A stretch of 64,000 nucleotides of DNA from a bacterium. Lineage in GTDB: Bacteria; Bacteroidota; Ignavibacteria; Kapaibacteriales; UBA7675. The notes beneath the pieces were generated by a model, which was given only the letters and a program-made list of their open reading frames with translations, made no database searches and was not told where the DNA came from. This document shows positions 59,502-64,000 of this stretch, one piece after another (within the stretch, counting starts at the first letter, position 1; each line of letters begins with the position of its first letter). The position numbers and the translations under genes are program-made. The DNA lies in assembly GCA_030430495.1 (NCBI GenBank), contig JAUIKM010000007.1, positions 51,776 to 115,775 of the forward strand, written 5' to 3'.

Positions 59502-59671
59502 AGTTTAACACTGAAAGCTTGCACTGTCCGGCCGATCGATTCTCGTACAGAGACGAACAAAAAAATCATGTCAGAAAGGTGGGTACGAATGTAGCCGCCC
59601 GGATTTATTGCGCTGTTAAAACGATCAAATCGGTCGTGGACGACGATGCGCACATCGCATAGGAGGCCGTC

Positions 59672-61177
59672 ATGGCTCGATTTAACACTATTGCCTCGGT
59701 GCCGACTGTTGAAAACCTTGCAGGAGGCAACGTATTCCCGATTTCGCCGCGACGCGAATTTGTTTTTCTCGTGCTGACGTCGCTGATGCAGGATACGTTC
59801 TACGAGAAAGCGGATGTGCGCATGGCCCGATTGCGCGAGTTGATTCCGCTCGTGGGCCGCCGCTTTGCGGCACAAACGGCCATGTACGCACGTCACGAAC
59901 TGGGCCTGCGCAGCGTCAGCCACGTCATTGCGGCTCTGCTGCCGTCGGTGACGGAGAATTCTCTGTCATACGGCGGAAGCGATTTTTTCCGCCAGGTCGT
60001 GCGCCGCCCGGACGATATGACGGAAATCATGGCCGCGTTTGAGATGTTTAACAAATCCTCGGCAGGGGATAAACTTAAACTCCCGTGGGCGCTGCGTCGC
60101 GGTTTTGCCGCGGCGTTTAACAAGTTCGACGAATACCAACTGGCCAAATACCGCGGCGAAGGCAAAGCCTGGACCCTGCTCGACGTCATGCGTTTGGTGC
60201 ACGCCAAACCGACGGAAGCAAATGCGGATGCGTTGGCAAAACTGGCGGCGGGCGAACTGCGCTCCACCTCTACCTGGGAAGCGCGCCTTTCCGCCGGTGA
60301 GGACAAAGCGCTCGTCTGGCGTGAACTCGTCGAAGGCGGACAACTGGGAATGATGGCTTTGCTGCGCAACCTGCGCAACATGGCCGAACAATGTGAGGAA
60401 TCCACGTGGCTCGCAGCGCTGGAGCAATTGTCCAACGCCGAACGCGTGCGCGCCTCGCTGATCATGCCTTTTCGTTTTCTGACGGCGTCCAAAGTCATCG
60501 AGTTCTCGCGCATGGCCGCCGCGCGTAAAGCAGGCGCGCTGGAGGCTCTGTCCGCAGCACTCGAACACTCGCTGGCCAACGTGCCGGAACTCGGCGGGCG
60601 CACGCTTGTGGCGGTCGACATTTCCGGCTCGATGAGCCAACCGCTTGCAGCCATGTCGCGCGCTACCGCCGTCGACGTCGCCTCGCTGTTCGGCGCGGTG
60701 ATGGCCAAAAACATGCGGGCCGAGCTGATGGCTTTTGCCAGTAATGCAGGTTTTGTGCGCTTCTCTTCGGCCGACTCCCTGCCGACGATCGCCGAATGCA
60801 TTAAAACCGGCAGCGGCGCGGGCATCAAAGGCTGGGGCACCTGCGCTCCGGCCATCCTGGAGAAACTGCTGCGCGGCAAACACGCCTTTGATCGCGTTGT
60901 GATTATCTCCGATATGCAGACCTGGCAACACAGCGATTTCGGCAACGGCGACTTCCAACCCCTGTGGCACCGCTACCGGCGGCGGATAGCGCCGACGGCC
61001 AGGCTGTTCACGATCGACATTTGCGGGTACGGGCACTCGCTTGTACCCGAGCACAATGTCGCCGCCGTGGCCGGCTGGTCGGATCGAATCTTCACGTTCA
61101 TGTCGATGCTCGACAAAGAGCCCAAATCAATTGAACGGACGATTGAGGCCGCATTCCCGCTCGCAGACGGCAACTGA
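59672..61177 (+). CDS. rsr: Ro60-related protein (TROVE plus vWA/MIDAS)
   Basis: NLAGG..F, YQLAKYR, TWE..LS, LGMMALLRNLRN, PFRF, DISGSM MIDAS, ISDMQ, GWSD..F; AGGAGG RBS. Confidence 0.92.
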   Translation: MARFNTIASVPTVENLAGGNVFPISPRREFVFLVLTSLMQDTFYEKADVRMARLRELIPLVGRRFAAQTAMYARHELGLRSVSHVIAALLPSVTENSLSYGGSDFFRQVVRRPDDMTEIMAAFEMFNKSSAGDKLKLPWALRRGFAAAFNKFDEYQLAKYRGEGKAWTLLDVMRLVHAKPTEANADALAKLAAGELRSTSTWEARLSAGEDKALVWRELVEGGQLGMMALLRNLRNMAEQCEESTWLAALEQLSNAERVRASLIMPFRFLTASKVIEFSRMAAARKAGALEALSAALEHSLANVPELGGRTLVAVDISGSMSQPLAAMSRATAVDVASLFGAVMAKNMRAELMAFASNAGFVRFSSADSLPTIAECIKTGSGAGIKGWGTCAPAILEKLLRGKHAFDRVVIISDMQTWQHSDFGNGDFQPLWHRYRRRIAPTARLFTIDICGYGHSLVPEHNVAAVAGWSDRIFTFMSMLDKEPKSIERTIEAAFPLADGN

Positions 61178-61184
61178 TCGACAA

Positions 61185-61228
61185 AACCGCCGCGCGGACT
61201 ACCAAAGTCGCGCGGCGGTTGGTATTTT
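61185..61228 (+). terminator. terminator-like hairpin after rsr
   Basis: AACCGCCGCGCG-gactaccaaagt-CGCGCGGCGGTT then GGTATTTT. Confidence 0.6.
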
Positions 61229-61280
61229 AAAGGCCCGGCGATCGTCAAAGCAAAAAACAGGAGAAGGATGGGAACCCGGA

Positions 61281-61751
61281 ATGGAAAAAATTGAGCTCTG
61301 GCGCCTGCTGGACCAGAACCTCTGGACCACCTCTCGCACGGCGCGCTTTTTTGAATGCGCCGCCAGCACCATACGTCTGCACGTGCAGCAACTGACGGCG
61401 GAAGGCCGCCTGCAGACGGTCGATTTTCACGGTAAAAACAAAATTCACCTCTCGCTCATCCACGTGGCGGACCTCAATCTGCTGCGACCGGAGAGTGTAC
61501 CCGCCTCGCGGCGACTGCCGCGCGCCACCATGTCCAAAAAGCAGCTGACCAAACTGTTGGAGCGGGAAACGCTGACGCTGGAAGAAGTCTGTGAAGAGGC
61601 CGGCGTCAGCCAGGCGCTCGTCTGGCAACGCGTCGCCGTCGCCGCCAAGCGCGGCGAGTCGATCGGTTATGCATTTGAAGGCGGCCGTCTGCGAATCTAC
61701 CATCGCTCGGAACTGGCGCTTTTTGGACGCAAGTACGCCCGCCGCGGGTGA
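61281..61751 (+). CDS. small protein with two putative helix-turn-helix segments
   Basis: WTTSRTARFFECAASTIR and LTLEEVCEEAGVSQALVWQRV; purine-rich RBS upstream. Confidence 0.55.
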   Translation: MEKIELWRLLDQNLWTTSRTARFFECAASTIRLHVQQLTAEGRLQTVDFHGKNKIHLSLIHVADLNLLRPESVPASRRLPRATMSKKQLTKLLERETLTLEEVCEEAGVSQALVWQRVAVAAKRGESIGYAFEGGRLRIYHRSELALFGRKYARRG

Positions 61752-61980
61752 GGGCGGCGGAGGTTGAGCCGGCCTGGCATGCCTGAGAGACCGGGAGTGA
61801 GCGGAGTCGTTTTCCAGCGTAAACGCTTCGAATTGGCGGGTGAGCGGTCAGGTGTGCGGTGCAAAAGTTGAAAATTACGTGAACTACGCTTGAGCTGCGA
61901 GCTCTACGGGCTCACAGCTCAATTCATTTCGCCGCCAGGCGGCGCGCCCTGCGGGGCGAACCGAAAGGTCTGACTGCCTC

Positions 61981-63132
61981 ATGCACATGGATCCCCTCAT
62001 TCTCTACGTCAGCGCCGCGGTTTTTCTGGTGCTGCTCGTCGGCGCGGCGGCTAAACGACTTAAACAGCCCAACGTCGTCGGCTACCTCATTGCCGGGGTG
62101 GTTATGGGGCCCTTTGGTCTGGGGCTGCTGACGGATGTACACCTGCTGACAACCATTGGCGCGCTGGGCGTGGTGCTGCTGATCTTTTTTGTCGGCATGG
62201 AACTGGAGCCGAAGGAACTGATTGCCAACTGGCGCGTGGCGATCTTCGGCACGACGCTGCAGATAACATTCAGCGTGGCGGCCGTCGGCGTGCTGGGCTG
62301 GGCGCTGGAATGGCCTCTGGCGCGCACCATTCTCGTCGGTTTTGTCATCAGCCTCAGCAGCACCGCCGTGGTGTTCAAGTTGTTGAGCGACTTCAAGGAA
62401 CAACAGACGGCGACGGGCAGGCAGGTGTCCAGCATTCTGTTGACGCAGGACCTGGCGCTGATCCCGATGATGATCATCATTGCACTGGTCGGCGGTGCGA
62501 CGCCCTCGGCGGCGGAAGTGAGTCTGCAGGTCGTCGGCGGGATATTGCTCATGGCTCTGTTTGTCTGGCTGATTCGCGCGGGAGAGATCAACCTGCCGAT
62601 GCTGCGCTTCCTGCAGGACGACAAGGAAATGCAGGTTTTTGCGGCGCTGGGCATGTGTTTTGGCCTGGCGCTGATCACCGGCTTGTTCAACCTTTCCTCG
62701 GCGTTGGGCGCGTTTCTGGCGGGTATGCTGGTGGCGGCTTCGCGCGGAACGCGATGGATTCACCATTCGCTGCTGCCTTTTCACGTTGTGTTTGTGGCCG
62801 TCTTTTTTGTGTCGATCGGCATGCTAGTGGACCTGAAGTTCCTGCTGGATGAATGGCCGCTGATTTTGACTCTGGTGTTTATTGCTCTTGTAATCAATTC
62901 CGTCATCAACGCCGGAGCGCTGCGCCTGCTGGGCGTGGAATGGCGTCCGGCGCTCTACGCCGGGGCGCTGCTGGCGCAGATCGGCGAATTCAGTTTTGTG
63001 CTGGCGGCCGTGGGACGCCAGGCCGACATCATCTCCGACTACGGCTACAGCCTGGCTATTGAAGTCATTGCTATTTCTCTGATCGTGAGCCCGATCTGGA
63101 TTACGACCGTTAAAAAACTGACCGGAAACTGA
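61981..63132 (+). CDS. cation:proton antiporter (CPA2 family)
   Basis: P.VVGYL.AG..GP, SLSSTAVV, LL.QD, LGAFLAG, LAQIGEFSFVL. Confidence 0.9.
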   Translation: MHMDPLILYVSAAVFLVLLVGAAAKRLKQPNVVGYLIAGVVMGPFGLGLLTDVHLLTTIGALGVVLLIFFVGMELEPKELIANWRVAIFGTTLQITFSVAAVGVLGWALEWPLARTILVGFVISLSSTAVVFKLLSDFKEQQTATGRQVSSILLTQDLALIPMMIIIALVGGATPSAAEVSLQVVGGILLMALFVWLIRAGEINLPMLRFLQDDKEMQVFAALGMCFGLALITGLFNLSSALGAFLAGMLVAASRGTRWIHHSLLPFHVVFVAVFFVSIGMLVDLKFLLDEWPLILTLVFIALVINSVINAGALRLLGVEWRPALYAGALLAQIGEFSFVLAAVGRQADIISDYGYSLAIEVIAISLIVSPIWITTVKKLTGN

Positions 63133-63157
63133 AGCGCCGCGGCGCATGGAGCCCAGG

Positions 63158-64000
63158 ATGTTGAAGATTCGCATTCCGCTCGATTTATTCAAACGCAATC
63201 CAGGCATGCCGCCCGGCACGCCCGTTTTTATCGGCGATCAAAAAATCGAGAGCGTCTACGTTCACCTCACCGATTTCGATGAAGACTCGGTGGTTGAACA
63301 CGAAGCCGGCGGGATGGACGACCCCGTCGTCAAGGCCGAGCCGCAGGGTACGCGCTGGCTGAACATCTGCGGCGTGCACGAGATACCCGTGCTGGAAGCG
63401 CTGGCCGAGCGCTACAAGCTGCACCCGCTGACGGTTGAGGACATGGCCAACACGCGTCTGCGTCCCAAGGTGGAAGAGTTTGAAGGGTATCTCTACCTGA
63501 TTACCCGCATGATTTACATGGACGACAAACACGAACTCGATACCGAGCAGGTAAGCATCGTGCTGACAGGACAAACCGTCGTCACCGTGCAGGAGCGCCG
63601 CGAGGACGTCTTTGAACCGCTGCGCAAGCGCATCGAAGCCGGCAAGGGCCGCATCCGCACCGCCGGCAGCGACTACCTGCTTTACGCCATCGTCGACGCC
63701 GTGGTCGACCACTATTTCCAGGTGCTGGAGCACCTGACGGTGCGGGCGGATGCGCTGGGCCGCAATCTCTACGACAACCCGCAGGACGACGTGCTGGATG
63801 AAATCAGCGATCTGAAAGCAACGGTGATGGACGTGCGGCGCGACGTCTGGCCCATGCGCGAGCTGATAGCCAGACTTCAGCGCGACGAGGCCGGCGTCTT
63901 TTCCGAGGGAACGCGCACCTACCTGCGCGACGTCTACGATCACATCATGCAGGTCATGGACCTGCTGGAGCAGCTGCGCGAAAATCTGGACAGCATGGGC
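63158..64000 (+). CDS. corA: magnesium/cobalt transporter CorA, runs off the window end
   Basis: Hand translation: PGMPPGTPVFIG, WLNI.GVH, LHPLTVED, RPKVEE, EQVS, DYLLYAIVDAVVD.Y, YLRDVYDH. Confidence 0.9.
   Translation, partial: MLKIRIPLDLFKRNPGMPPGTPVFIGDQKIESVYVHLTDFDEDSVVEHEAGGMDDPVVKAEPQGTRWLNICGVHEIPVLEALAERYKLHPLTVEDMANTRLRPKVEEFEGYLYLITRMIYMDDKHELDTEQVSIVLTGQTVVTVQERREDVFEPLRKRIEAGKGRIRTAGSDYLLYAIVDAVVDHYFQVLEHLTVRADALGRNLYDNPQDDVLDEISDLKATVMDVRRDVWPMRELIARLQRDEAGVFSEGTRTYLRDVYDHIMQVMDLLEQLRENLDSMG

Noticed and set aside
58509-59923. Short ORFs overlapping the Y-RNA array
   Set aside because: No RBS or recognisable motifs; they overlap structured RNA units and are likely spurious

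Overview
A GC-rich bacterial chromosomal segment, most likely from the FCB group (Ignavibacteria/Kapabacteria-like). This assignment rests on TAnnTTTG-type promoters, the ExbB-ExbD-ExbD-TonB-PstS-like-TPR cluster and the gene order. Bases 1-29 kb are mostly housekeeping: ftsK 5' end, comB, kdsA, lptC, tpiA, pgsA, pgpA, HU, pyrB, carB, prmC, a TonB system, yceD-rpmF-plsX-fab-acpP-rnc and a large TolB/BamA-like protein. Bases 29-64 kb are more mixed: an orphan motAB operon with a degenerate REC/HD-GYP gene, queD/folE, rpiA, kptA, rnhB, an inactive PyrC-like gene, a TPR kinase, manA, a Cu-ATPase, ctaA, prmA, a CPA2 antiporter and corA. The standout feature is at 58.4-61.2 kb. A Ro60/TROVE gene is preceded by about 1.3 kb of non-coding DNA holding a tandem array of six Y-RNA-like genes. 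All six share a covarying scaffold (bulged-C terminal helix, second helix, invariant TACTTCG, pyrimidine tract) but carry different inserted domains: permuted tRNA mimics, linear tRNA fragments or GC-rich hairpins. All calls come from reading motifs and base pairing by eye; no database searches were run.
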